Translations under genes and position numbers: made by a program
Assembly (NCBI GenBank): GCA_964016885.1
Contig: OZ024751.1
Location: 26,784,001-26,848,000, forward strand
Reading direction: 5' to 3'
Source of the DNA: Eledone cirrhosa
Lineage: Eukaryota
DNA: 64,000 bases
In this document: in pieces, positions 14,280 through 27,384 of the stretch
Numbering within the stretch: the stretch's first letter is position 1
Layout of the letters: each line of letters opens with the position of its first letter
Notes under the pieces: model-generated
The model's input: only the letters and a program-made list of their open reading frames with translations
Databases searched by the model: none
Told to the model about the DNA's origin: nothing

Positions 14280-14910
14280 TCCCGGCCGTCAGGAAGGAGA
14301 ATACATTACCCCGGATGATGGTGAGGGGGACACGCTGACACAGCCACTCTATCTCGTGGGATTCGTACCTGCGGGCGGCCAACTCCATCCTGATAGCAGT
14401 GAGTAGGGATGTAATCTGGAGGCCAAGAACGCCACCGGAAGTCTCCACTGCCCTATCACAAACCTTTCCGAGAACGTCCGATACTTGGACAGTTTGCCCT
14501 ATTGGGCTTGTTGGGCAGTAGAGCCCCGGCTGCTAACCGAATGCACCAGGCTGCTACTTGAATAGATGTCACAGCATGTGGCATCCCAGATGCGGGGCCT
14601 ACCTCAGTGGAACAGAAAGATCGTCATCTAGTCTTTCGCCGTCCCCACGCACCAGCCCTGCAGGCCCTAGCTGGGAAGGGAAGCCTACACCACCCAGACT
14701 ATTCTTTGTGATCTTGTTTAGAGCAGTATGGCGTGGGAGGAGGGCAGCACTGTGACGGCATGACAGTGGGAAACACTGATGCACAAGCAGTCGCTGTCAA
14801 GTTGAGTGCCAGTCTCGAATGAGGGAACTGCGTTAAGCCAGGCACCACTGTGGGGTTGGGAGACTGAGCGGAAGCAAACGGACTGGTTGAACAGGTGCAC
14901 CAGCCCGTCT
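14280..14910 (-). mobile_element. CRE-clade non-LTR retrotransposon, restriction-like endonuclease region (decayed)
   Basis: HSGAWLNAVPSFETGTQLD, RHTALNKITKNSLGGVGFPSQLGPAGLVRGDGERLD, WDATCCD, AVETSGGVLG, EWLCQRVPLTIIRGN; 68-bp repeats at 14121-14285 lie at its 3' end. Confidence 0.85.
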
Positions 14911-14919
14911 GAAATAATT

Positions 14920-15060
14920 GTTTCTAATTTAGGCACAAGGCAAACAATTTGAAGAGGAGGAGAAAGTTGATTAAATCGACCCCAGTGCTTTACTGGTGCT
15001 TTATTTATCGACCCCGTAAGGATGTATGGCAAAGCTAACCTCGGCCCGTCTGAATTGATG
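14920..15060 (-). mobile_element. tRNA-SINE, 5'-truncated older copy
   Basis: tttatcgaccccgtaaggatg...aaagctaacctcggc matches the main SINE core. Confidence 0.75.
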
Positions 15061-15634
15061 TTACAAAGGATGATGTCCCATGTGTTTTTGGTGGGAGTAG
15101 ACGTCTGCTGTACTTTACCACTCTTCACATCGACCCTGGTCTGCACTCTACATATCCAGATTGAAACCCACCGACGTAAAAATACAAAGCTAAGTGTAAA
15201 AAATGATATTGTTGCGTCGTTTGTAATGTCACAATTATATGACTATTATAACATTGTTATGACATCGTTATGATATTGTTATGTCATCGTTACGTCATTG
15301 TTATGGCATTGTTATGTCATTATTATGTCATTATTATGTCATTGATATGTCATTGACATAGTGTTGTTATGACAACGACAACTCCCCAAACTACATATAA
15401 CTTTACAAGACTCAGGATATTCGGTATAAAACAAATCTCTAGTTTATATATTGTAATATATTCGTGTAGGAGGCTGGATAAACTGTTTACAGACTTATAT
15501 TACGTAGAAATTGGAGCAAAGGAAAGGTTCATGGCAAACACAGGCACCCACTCATCACACATACACACATACACACATATACACGCATACATACACACAT
15601 CCAAACATATAAACTTATATATACAGTATATACG

Positions 15635-15700
<66 letters not shown>

Positions 15701-15972
15701 CAGAGTTTTGTAGCTTCAAGCATTATTGAATAGGAAACACAAATTTAGATAATTTTGAAAACCACACAATGCTTTAGGAAGAACATTAAGTCGCCAACAT
15801 AACAAAAGAATCCTTTCTTAGCAAATTGAATGATACCAAATATTTTCGAGTTTAAAATCTGCTCTCCAAACAAACGAGTCAATCCGATCAATCTTGTAAG
15901 TCTCTTATAGGGTTACTCAGTTGATAATGGGTTTTTAAACCAATATTTGGGATCATTAAATTTGGTAAGATA

Positions 15973-16160
15973 AGGGCGGTGGATTGGCAGTATTGGTAGA
16001 GAGTCGGACGCCATGCTTTCCAGCATAGTTACGTCCCTTTACGACCTGAGTTCAAATCCCGCCGAGGTTGACTTTGCCTTTCATCCTTACGGGGTCGATA
16101 AAATAAAGTACCAGTAATGCACTGGGTAATTGCTGGCCTTGTGCCTAAAGTAGAAACAAT
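15973..16160 (+). mobile_element. Full-length tRNA-derived SINE with about 20-bp target-site duplication
   Basis: A-box tggcagtattgg, B-box gagttcaaatcc; attaaatttggtaagataag on both sides. Confidence 0.95.
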
Positions 16161-16238
16161 TAAATTTGGTAAGATAAGATTTTTTTGTTATCTTGGAGAT
16201 TTAATGCTCTTCCTAATTCATTGTGGGGTTTTCAAAAT

Positions 16239-16301
<63 letters not shown>

Positions 16302-16542
16302 GGTAACAAGTTATCGTTATAAGTAATCCAGTTAGAGGTTGTGAGTACTCTGCGTCGTGGATACGCAACTTCAAGTGATTAGCGACCTCTAGACTCACCT
16401 GATCAATGAAACAATTGTTAATACCTGAAATAAAGCCCCTTGTTGTACAGCCAACCATGTTACTCTTCATGCTTTCACTATATATATATATATATATATA
16501 TATGAGGGAGTTATAGTTCACTTGAAGCATTGTGTAATCAGG

Positions 16543-16780
16543 TATAAACGTTTGTAAATGTATAATAAAGCCAAAACAATGCAGGTATGGACATAGAATA
16601 AGAATGCAAATGCAAAAGATATTGTTGACAATTAGTCTTTTACCTTAGATTTATTTAAATGTCCTATTTATTTAAATAAATCTAAGGTAAAAGACTAATT
16701 GTCAACAATATCTTTTGCATTTGCATTCTTATTCTATGTCCATACCTGCATTGTTTTGGCTTTATTATACATTTACAAAC

Positions 16781-16787
<7 letters not shown>
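16543..16787. repeat. Perfect 118-bp inverted repeat with 9-nt loop
   Basis: 16543-16660 is the exact reverse complement of 16670-16787; right arm runs into (TA)n. Confidence 0.95.
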
Positions 16788-16832
<45 letters not shown>

Positions 16833-17030
16833 AAGTATGCACACACACACACATATATATATATATTATTATACATATGCACATATATACATATATACAT
16901 ATACATATATACGTATGGATTGTATCGAACATTAATAGTTATGTTAGATTCGTTTGTAAACAATCAGCTCGATTAGCAGCTATGCCGGTGACCGATCGTC
17001 ACCTGTTTATTCAAGACTGGCATTGAAGAA

Positions 17031-17395
17031 CAATCACTATGTTTCAGGGTCATTACCCTTCATCAGGACTGTATATCTCTGCCAATCTGTTGAACTGTAG
17101 AACATATAAGTATAGTTCCATTCTGTTCATATAGCCAACGGAAGGACCTTTTTGCCATTTTATAACAATTAAATAAATCGTTAAGTTCACAACTCTAAGA
17201 AAAATACGATTTATAATTTCGGTTCCTTCTGGAGCTACAACTAAATAAATTTGGTTTACATTTCTCGCTGTTGTTTTTCCTTCGGTAAATTGTTGTTGTA
17301 GTTGATGTTGATGTTGTGTTCAGTCATGTTGTTTGTAGCAAAGTCTTGTAAAATGAATTTAGTATTTAGTCGGATATCTCTACGAATTCGAACAT
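17031..17395 (-). mobile_element. Penelope-like element 3' remnant with hammerhead motif
   Basis: cagtc-CTGATGA-AGGGT-aatg-ACCCT-GAAAC-ATA-GT-gattg at 17031-17071; upstream decayed GIY-YIG-like text ([10 protein letters not shown]...QQREM*TKFI). Confidence 0.65.
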
Positions 17396-17728
17396 GTATG
17401 TATGTGTGTATGTATGTATGTATGTATGTATGTATGTATGTATGTATGTATGTATGTATGTATGTATGTGTGTGTGTATGTATGTATGTATGTATGTATG
17501 TATGTATGCATGCATGTATGTATGTATGTATGTATGTACGTACGTACGTACGTATGTATGTATGTATGTACGTACGTACGTATGTATGTATGTATGTATG
17601 TATGTATGTATGTATGTATGTATGTATGTATGTACGTACGTATATACGTATGTATGTATGCATGTATGTATGTGTTCATGTATGTATGCATGTATGGATG
17701 TATATATGTATGTACGTATGTATGTGTG

Positions 17729-17763
<35 letters not shown>

Positions 17764-17869
17764 GTGTGAGTATACATACATATATATGTATATATATATA
17801 TGAGTGTGTGTGTATATATATGTATGCGCATATATATATATATACATATATGTATATATGTATGTATAA

Positions 17870-17912
<43 letters not shown>

Positions 17913-18006
17913 TATAAGTATTTATATATATATATATATAGGTATATATATAGGTATATATATAGGTATATATATGTATATATATATGTATATATATATG
18001 TATATA

Positions 18007-18098
<92 letters not shown>

Positions 18099-18599
18099 CA
18101 TACACATATATATATATATATATATATACATACATACATATATATGGATGTATGTATAAAGTGTTATATACATTGCACCTATCCAATATCAAAGTATTTC
18201 CCAAATATAAACAGATCTGATTATATTATAGAGAAGAAAAATATCTTTTGTTTGATGTATTGGTGGCGGTGGTGGTGGTGGTGGTGGTGGTGGCGGCGGC
18301 GGTGGCGTGGTGGCGGCGGTGGTGGCGGTGGTGGTAATGGTAGTGATTGTGGTGGTGGTGGTGGTGATGATGGTAGTGGTGGTGTGGTGGTGGCGGTGGT
18401 GGTGGTGGTGGTGATGGTAGTGGTGGTGTGGTGGTGGCGGTGGTGGTGGCGGCGGTGGTGGTGGTGGTGGTAGTGATTGTGGTGGTGGTGGTGGTGGTGG
18501 TGGTGGTGGTGGTGGTGGTGGTGGTGGTGATGGTAGTGGTGGTGGCGGTGGTGGCGGTGGTGGTGTCGAGCTGGTCGTAACCAATCGCCGCTCTTTCGA

Positions 18600-19007
18600 G
18601 CGTCCTATTATCTAAGCAGCCGAAATGGCGTTCCTTCGTCAGGTCTGTGGAGTAACGTTACTCCACAGAGCGCGTTGCTTGCAGATGAGAGAATCACTGC
18701 AAGTAGAGCCGCTTCTTCTTCTTCGAACTGAGAGATCACAGCTCCGAGATTATGGAGGACCTGTGGTTAGAATCTCTCAGGAAAGTATCACTGGACAGAT
18801 TTTGCGGTTAAAAGCAACCGACAGGAGACCCAGAGGTAGACCTCGAGCAAGATGGTTGGATAACATTCATGAGCTTGGCTGGTCTCACCTGGGGATCCAA
18901 CCAGATCAGTTGGAGACGGTTGCTTCTGACAGGACCCACTGGAGGGAATGTTTGAGGACTGTGGCCTCCACGACCTTCTCAGGAATATGTAGGTAAAGAA
19001 GAAGACG
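18600..19007 (+). mobile_element. RTE-clade LINE 3' end with short GAA tail
   Basis: AAEMAFLRQVCGVTLLHRAR...RPRGRPRARWLDNIHELGWSHLGIQPDQLETVASDRTHWRECL; ends taaagaagaag. Confidence 0.9.
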
Positions 19008-19268
19008 TAATTATGTTGGGGGTAGTGCTAGTGGTGGCTGAGGAGGTTGTTGTGATTGTGGTTGTTGTATCGTTGTTTATGTTATGTGGTAATGGAGGTG
19101 GTGGTGATGATGTTGATGGTTGTAATTCTGTTAATGAAGGTGGTGGTGTTGGTAATTGTGGTGATGGTTGTGATGCTGGTAACGAAGGCCGTAGTGGTGA
19201 GTTTGCTAGTGTTGATGGTGGTGGTGTTTTGTTGGTGTTTGTGATAGTCAGCAAACATTGGAACTCAC

Positions 19269-19327
19269 CCCGACTCTGTATGGTCTGCCCGGTGGTGGTG
19301 TTGGTGGAGATAAGCAATCAGTTTTCA
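19269..19327 (-). CDS. Weak candidate exon: KTDCLSPPTPPPGRPYRVG
   Basis: ctacag acceptor and strong GGG|gtgagt donor, single open frame; place in the exon chain unresolved. Confidence 0.25.
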
Positions 19328-19354
19328 CTGTAGTAGTGGTGTTGTTTTAGATAG

Positions 19355-19385
<31 letters not shown>

Positions 19386-19765
19386 GTTGGTGGTGGCGGT
19401 GTTGTTGGTGTTGGTGGTGTCGCTGTTAGTGGTTGTGTTGGTGGCGTTGTGAAGTTGTTGTTTGTTGTGTTGGTGGTGGTGTTGGTGTTGGTGTTGGTGT
19501 TGGTGTTGGTGGTGTTGGTGGTGTTGGTAGTGTTGGTGAAGTTGTTGTTTGTTGTGTTGGTGGTGTTGCTATTGGTGGTGTTGTTGTTGGTGGTGTTGTT
19601 GGCGTTATTGAAGTTGTTGTTGTTGTGGCTGTTGTAGTATAGTACTCGGTATCACCTCAGAGAAAAGATTAAAACTGATAATTTTGAGATAACAATGGAG
19701 TTTATTGTTTGGTTTCAACGGAATCAGTTAAATATTAATACATACATACACACACACATATATAT

Positions 19766-19859
<94 letters not shown>

Positions 19860-19890
19860 GCATATATATATGCATATATATATATAAATA

Positions 19891-19945
<55 letters not shown>

Positions 19946-19974
19946 TATATATACGTGTATATATATATATATGC

Positions 19975-20075
<101 letters not shown>

Positions 20076-20733
20076 CAATGGCCGACCGTGAAACATGAGC
20101 CAAGTTGTTCACTGTAGTCTTCTTTCACTCACCGACTCTACAGCTTCTTTACCACACCACCACCCCACCATCACCATCACCACCACCACCACACCACCAC
20201 CACCACCACCACCACCGCCACCAACTCCACCCACCACCACCACCACCACCACCACCACCACCACCACCACCACCCCACCATCACCATCACCACCACCACA
20301 CCACCACCACCACCACCCACCACCACCGCCACCAACTCCACCCACCACCACCACCACCACCACCACCACCCACCACCACCGCCACCAACTCCACCCACCA
20401 CCACCACCACCACCACCACCACCCACCACCACCGCCACCAACTCCACCCACCACCACCACCACCACCACCACCACCACCACCACCACCACCACCACCACC
20501 ACCACCCACCGCCACCACCACCACCACCACCACCACCACCCACCACCACCACCACCGCCACCATGGTATTATCTCTACCTCTATCATGTCGGAATGTGAT
20601 TATAAACTTCGACAAAACGGCTACTTTGTCTTATTGAATAAATTAGAGCCGCTGTTAGTGATATATATGTGTGTGTATGTGTGTGTATATATGTGTGTGT
20701 GTATGTGTGTGTGTATATATGTGTGTGTGTAAA

Positions 20734-20767
<34 letters not shown>

Positions 20768-21464
20768 TGTGTGTGTATATATATGTGTGTATGTGTGTGT
20801 ATGTATATGTGTGTGTGTGTGTAAATATATGTCTGTGTATATGTATGTGTGTGTATATGTGTGTGTGTGTGTGTAAATACATGTATGTGTATGTGTGTGT
20901 ATATGTGTGTGTGTGTATATGTGTATATGTGTATGTGTGTGTGTGTGTATATAAACACCCAATAACTATACTTATGACCTCTATATCCGTAATTACGTTT
21001 TTTTTTTTTCCGCAAGGAAATGTCGTCACTTACTAGATAAGAAGCAACGGCAATAACAACAACAACAATCACAACAACCACCACCACCACCACAACAACA
21101 ACAATAATAATATTAACAAATATAACAATAAGTATTTCTTTCTTTCTATTTCATTTTAAATAATAATATACACACTTGACAAATAGACCTCAGACGTTTT
21201 ATCGCTTCATTTCATTTATTTTTGAGAATCTATTTCCCCCCACTTAAATAATTATAATAATAATTATTATCTTATCTGTATTTTGCTTACATTTAATTCC
21301 AATCTGAGTTGGAATCCCGTCTATTTTGGACATCTTTATTATACAACCAGTATTTTGTTACATGCCACTAGAGTTTCGAGTTCAAATCCCACACCTATTG
21401 TAGAAGTTACTTTCCAGTTTCCCTTGAAGTCAATAAAATACCTACCACAGATGTCTAAAGTCTA

Positions 21465-21741
21465 TCTTAAGCCATTTAAGGTTCGTTAAGCCGGTGCTTA
21501 TCCCGGTTTCATGGCGTGAAGCGAGTGAGAGTACAAGACTCCTCCCTGGACAGGATGCCAGTCCATAGTAAGGTTAATCCTGCAGCTATTGCTGCTACTC
21601 GTTTTCAGCTGGGTACGCTGGAACAACGTGAAACGAAATGTTTTGTCTCAAGAAAGCAACACGCAACTCCACCCAGGAATCGAACCCACGGCATTATGAT
21701 CGTAAGTCCAACACCCTTACCACTAGGCCACGTGCCTCCAC
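21465..21741 (-). mobile_element. tRNA-derived SINE with CORE-like and V-domain-like segments
   Basis: A-box tggcctagtggtaag, B-box ggttcgattcc, then tggactggcatcctgtccaggg...gaaaccgggataagc. Confidence 0.85.
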
Positions 21742-21904
21742 TATCACTGATGTACTCTGGGTAATTTAATAAACTATATCGCTCTCCAAATGTCTGCTCT
21801 TCTATCTATGTAAGATATACCTCATTGGTTGAATTAGAAATAGAATGGTTCTTTGTGATCCAATCATTGGTCAATTTACCTGTCTGAGCCTCACTTTCGT
21901 TCAC

Positions 21905-22102
21905 CGATGCAGCCATGTTCTTATATACAATTCACTTTTGACCAACATTATAAGCAGAGTCAAGCAGAGTTGGTGATAGGCCAAAACCTGCTCCAAAGCC
22001 TGCTTCAGGTAATAAGCCTGGGCCAGATGTGAAATGTAGGCCTCTAAATTTGCTAATACAACAAGGCGCTGAAATATAAACCCCAAAAGATGATAATGGC
22101 CC
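21905..22102 (-). CDS. Candidate exon: GHYHLLGFIFQRLVVLANLEAYISHLAQAYYLKQALEQVLAYHQLCLTLLIMLVKSELYIRTWLH (helical, HEAT/ARM-like composition)
   Basis: ttttatatctgacag|G GGC acceptor in phase with the 24909 exon; 65 open codons; 3' donor uncertain (CG|gtgaac assumed, otherwise TGA follows). Confidence 0.5.
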
Positions 22103-22127
22103 CTGTCAGATATAAAATGTAATCCCC

Positions 22128-22800
22128 TAACTACTCTCCTGGACATATTAACACTAATACTAACTACTATATTGGACATATTATCACTAATACTAACTAC
22201 TATATTGGACATATTATCACTAATACTAACTACTATATTGGACATATTAACACTAATACTAACTACTATATTGGACATATTATCACTAATACTAACTACT
22301 ATATTGGACATATTAACACTAATACTAACTACTATATTGGACATATTATCACTAATACTAACTACTATATTGGACATATTAACACTAATACTAACTACTA
22401 TATTGGACATATTATCACTAATACTAACTACTCTCCTGGACATATTAACACTAATACTAACTACTTTACTGGACATATTAACACTAATACTAACTACTTT
22501 ACTGGACATATTAACACTAATACTAACTACTATACTGGACATATTAGCAGTAATACTAACTACTATACTCTACATATTAGCAGTAATACTAACTACTATA
22601 CTCTACATATTAGCAGTAATACTAACTACTATACTCTACATATTAGCAGTAATACTAACTACTATAATGTACACATTAGCAGTAATACCTACTACACTAT
22701 ACTGTACATAGTAGCAGTAATACTAACTACTATACTGTACATAGTAGCAGTAATACTAACTACACTATACTGTACATAGTAGCAGTAATACTAACTACTA
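22128..22800. repeat. 33-bp minisatellite, about 20 copies with graded variants
   Basis: Unit ctaactactatattggacatattaacactaata, drifting to ..ctgtacatagtagcagtaata. Confidence 0.95.
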
Positions 22801-22958
22801 TGATGCAGATGTAGGTAAACTACGTTTGAATAAAAAAAAAAAAAAAAAAGGATGGTTGATTGAAGCAGTTTTAATTAAAACTTTGTTAAATTAGAACTTA
22901 TCCTGGGTTAAACAATAGATATAACAACAGCAACAGCAACAACAACAACAGCAACAGC

Positions 22959-22996
<38 letters not shown>

Positions 22997-23495
22997 GAAT
23001 AAAAACAATAAACATCAAAAACATCAGCAGCAACAACCACAACAACAACAACAACAATGCATTAAACTGAGTGAAGAAAGTTCTTTATTTCATTAGAAGA
23101 TTTAAGCAGGAATGTAGCCAAATGGAGGGCAGTAAAGGTGGGGAAGGACAGCCCACCCTTCTAGGTTAGTGGTGGGGGTCACCACCAGGTAAACTGTCTC
23201 TCATACTAACAACACCCCCAGTCATTTAGTTCGTCAGGTACACATTACCTTTCACTATTGTACCCCACCCACACTAAACCAGTTTCAAACCTGCTCTCAC
23301 CTTCCACACCTTTATTGCCACCACAAACACCTCCTCCACCAACACCAACACCTCCACCACCACCAACACCTCCACCACCAACACCACCACCACCAGCAAC
23401 ACCACCACTACCTCCACCTCCACTACCTCCACCAACACCTCTACCACCACAATCACAACAATAACCACCACTATAACAATCACCATCACAACAAC

Positions 23496-23535
<40 letters not shown>

Positions 23536-23566
23536 TAATAAGAAAGATGAAGTTTAGTTTACCTGT

Positions 23567-23650
23567 TACGCACGTTTCACAGAGGATCGGCTCAAGTCAC
23601 TCATAGAAGTTATGGGCCCGACTCAATTAACGATCTGCTCTTCAGACTGG
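23567..23650 (-). ncRNA. Hammerhead ribozyme-like motif with long stem II
   Basis: ccagt-CTGAAGA-gcagatcg...cgatcctctgt-GAAAC-gtgc-GTA-acagg; helix I 4/5 pairs. Confidence 0.55.
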
Positions 23651-23691
23651 CGATACAACAATACACACAGACACACACACGCGCACACACA

Positions 23692-23759
<68 letters not shown>

Positions 23760-23876
23760 GGTGTGGGTGTGTGTGTGTGTGTTTGTGTGTGTTACTGTAT
23801 GACTGTGTGCATGTATGTAAGCACGTATGTATGTTCGTACATATGTAGGTATATGCATGCATGATTTTATATACAA

Positions 23877-23913
<37 letters not shown>

Positions 23914-23914
<1 letters not shown>

Positions 23915-24094
23915 GTAGGTCCCGGGTTGAGTCGGGGATAACCACAGTAAGTAAGGTACTCAATACATGGCAGAGTAAAATTTTTTATTTTATAGAAGGA
24001 GCTTCTACAGGACTAGTACTGTTTCATTCAGATGAAATCTTCAGTTCCTGAAGATTTCATCTGAATGAAACAGTACTAGTCCTGTAGAAGCTCC

Positions 24095-24101
<7 letters not shown>
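23914..24101 (-). mobile_element. Fold-back mini-element family A, second copy
   Basis: Perfect 54-bp inverted repeat 23991-24044/24048-24101; CTGAAGA-N12-GAAAC-AGTACTA-GTC; (TA)n on both sides. Confidence 0.8.
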
Positions 24102-24174
<73 letters not shown>

Positions 24175-24660
24175 TCTCATTGCTACTAAATAAACTTCAT
24201 AAATATATATAGGCATTTGTATAACTGTTTATGCATGTGTGTGTGTGTGCATGTGGGTGTGTATGTAAGAGTGTGCAATGTTTATGCGTGTGTGTGTGTG
24301 TGCATGTGGGTGTGTATGTAAGAGTGTGCAATGTTTATGCGTGTGTGTGCGTGTGTGAGTCTGTGTGCTTGCTAGTTCGTTATATTAGTATCTAGCTTTT
24401 ACCCAACAATAAAGTGACTGAGCTAAAGTGACGTCACCACCTGCATGAATCTCATTGGTGAATTAAATAGCCACCTATGACGTCATTAATGTCAGGCTGG
24501 ATTGTCCCTTGAGGCATTGTATGAGGTAACAATTACTGCTTAGACACCTAAAATACATTTAATAGTAGAATGTGACGCCGGTGACTTGGTGAAAGGATAT
24601 ATTGTGTAAGACACAGTAAGATAACTTGTGATTGGCCAAGTGAAATGGTGACGTCATCAT

Positions 24661-24850
24661 TGACATCAAGGAAGGTCATATATGATCAATGTGACATCAA
24701 GGAAGGTCATATATGATCAATATGACATCAAGGAAGGTCATATATGATCAATGTGACATCAAGGAAGGTCATATATGATCAATGTGACATCAAGGAAGGT
24801 CATATATGATCAATGTGACATCAAGGAAGGTCATATATGATCAATGTGAC
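24661..24850. repeat. 31-bp minisatellite x6
   Basis: tgacatcaaggaaggtcatatatgatcaatg. Confidence 0.95.
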
Positions 24851-24908
24851 AAGTCTTTTGTCTTCTGTTATATTGTCAAGTCTAAAGAGACAATTCAGTA
24901 ATCTTCAC

Positions 24909-24981
24909 CTTTCTAGATCTTTGACTATATTGTACAGTAAACCGGACATTTTTAAGTCCTGCCAGACTGTGGAATAATCCC
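24909..24981 (-). CDS. Candidate exon: DYSTVWQDLKMSGLLYNIVKDLE(R)
   Basis: atattttag|GG GAT ... GAA AG|gtgaag; phase-2 end joins the 22102 exon in frame (..KDLERGHYHLL..). Confidence 0.55.
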
Positions 24982-25185
24982 CTAAAATATTACTAACCCC
25001 CAATATTCTACTAACCCCACCAATATTCTACCAACCCCTAATATTCTACTAACCCCTAATATTCTACTAACCCAACCAATATTCTACTAACCCCTAATAT
25101 TCTTCTAACCACCAATATTCTACCAACCCCTAATATTCTACTAACCCCTAATATATCACAAACCCCTAATATATCACTAACCATC
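24982..25185. repeat. 17-19 bp minisatellite abutting a splice acceptor
   Basis: aatattctactaacccct units. Confidence 0.9.
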
Positions 25186-25254
25186 AATGTTTCAATAGTA
25201 AGATGATGTAATATTAACACATCTTATCTATTTAGTGATAATCTATTACATTAA

Positions 25255-25442
25255 TAATTGTTTCTACTTTTTGGCACAAGGCCAGCAATTACCCAGTGCA
25301 TTACTGGTACTTTATTTTATCGACCCCGTAAGGATGAAAGGCAAAGTCAACCTCGGCGGGATTTGAACTCAGATCGTAAAGGGACGTAACTATGCTGGAA
25401 AGCATGGCGTCCGACCCTCTACCGATACTGCCAATCCACCGC
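25255..25442 (-). mobile_element. tRNA-derived SINE (main family)
   Basis: Reverse complement of the 15973 copy. Confidence 0.95.
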
Positions 25443-25830
25443 TGTTTTAAGACCAACCATGCTTTAAGACGTCATAATATCAATCATATGTTTTAAGACC
25501 AATCTTGTGTTTCAATATCAATATTATGTTTTAGTAGAAACCATACGTCATGATACCAAACATGCTTTAAGACCAATCATACGTTATAATACCAAATATA
25601 TGTTCTAAGACCAATCATACGTCATAATACCAATCTTAGGTTTCTAACAACAATGGAAAGACCAATTGAAACGGTGATACCCTAGTCTTCTTTGACGCTC
25701 TAGTCCTTTCCTATTTTAGCCTGCAATACCAATGACATACCAATAGCAACATGATGCAATGTTATAACGTCTGCTATAACATGCTTCATTATATTTGCAT
25801 ATCATTTACCCACGTTCATTATTTTCTATT

Positions 25831-26016
25831 GCGGTGGATTGGCAGTATCGGTAGAGGGTCGGACGCCATGCTTTCCAGCATAGTTACGTCCCTTTTTCGA
25901 TCTGAGTTCAAATCCCGCCGAAGTTGACTTTGCCTTTCATCCTTACGGGGTCGATAAAATAAAGTACCAGTAATGCACTGGGTGATTGCTGGCCTTGTGC
26001 CTAATGTAGAAACAAT
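25831..26016 (+). mobile_element. tRNA-derived SINE with attattttctatt target-site duplication
   Basis: Near-identical to other copies; duplication at 25818-25830 and 26015-26027. Confidence 0.95.
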
Positions 26017-26441
26017 TATTTTCTATTTCCACAACTCTAAATTAACTCATAACTACATTACTAACACCATCACATACACCAATACCTCCCTTTCCTATAT
26101 TTCATTCATGATTCATTCCTCTATATATGTTCTTGTCCAATGACCCTGTGATAAACAGGCGAAACTCCACAGTAACAACACTCACTATTTACCCTTAATA
26201 ACACGAATATATATATAATATATATATCATAAAACATGTCTATAGAATCACAAGATAAAATATATACCATTTCCTCTCCCATATATTATATATTATATAT
26301 TATATATATATATATATTATATGTTATATATTATATATATATATATATATATTATTCAACCTAATTTATCAGCCACCATAATTGTTCTTTTGCAACAACA
26401 AACCACATCCATTGCTGCATGTATCTGGAACAATCTTTATA

Positions 26442-26505
<64 letters not shown>

Positions 26506-26545
26506 CTAGTATATATATATGTGTGTGTGTGTGTGCATGTATGTA

Positions 26546-26595
<50 letters not shown>

Positions 26596-27384
26596 TACAT
26601 ACATGCACACACACACACACACACATATATATATACATAATAAGCGAAAGACAGACACACAGATTGTCTATTGTGTTCACGGCAGTTCTGCTGACATGTC
26701 GTTTCATCAGGTTTCATCACGTCTCACATATGTTAAATCAAGCCTACCACCCACCTACTGGGGGACACAGAGACTAGCTCCTATCTTCACACCCACTAGG
26801 CCAGTGGTGGTGGTAGGGTGGTGGTGGGGGGGGGGGTGTTGGTGGTGGCGGTGGTGGCGGTGGTGGATGGTGGTGGTGGTGGTGGTGGTGGTGGTGGCGG
26901 TGGCGGTGGTGGTGGTGGTGGTGATGGTGGTGGTGATAGTGGTGGCGGTGGTGGTGGTGGTGGTGGTGATGGTATTGGTGGTACTGGTGGTGGTGGTGGT
27001 AGTGGTGGTGGTGGTGGTGGTGGTAGTGGTGGTGGTGATGGTGGTGGTGATGGTGGTGGTGGTAGTGGTGGTGGTGGTGGTGGTGGTGGTAGTGGTGGTG
27101 GTGGTGATGGTGGTGGTGATAGTGGTGGCGGTGGTGATGATGATGATGGTGGTGGTGGTGGTGGTGGTGGTGCAACTGGTGGCGGTAGTGGAGGTGGTGG
27201 TGCAGCTGCACTACTCTATGTCATCAGACAATCACATCACTGGTTTCCTACTTTACCACATATGTTATATTCACAACATAAATATCAAACACAGAATATG
27301 TGCAGAAACACGATATGTGAATACATAACAACACATGCAACATGTAGCACACTTATTAAATATGTTGTCAAACACTATTGTGAG

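Noticed and set aside
15973-16160. tRNA gene
   Set aside because: A and B boxes are present but there is no cloverleaf; multicopy with tail and target-site duplication, so a SINE
21880-21917. Start exon MAASVNESEAQT with CAG|gtaaat donor
   Set aside because: Overlaps the better-supported internal exon in another frame; cannot be resolved without transcripts
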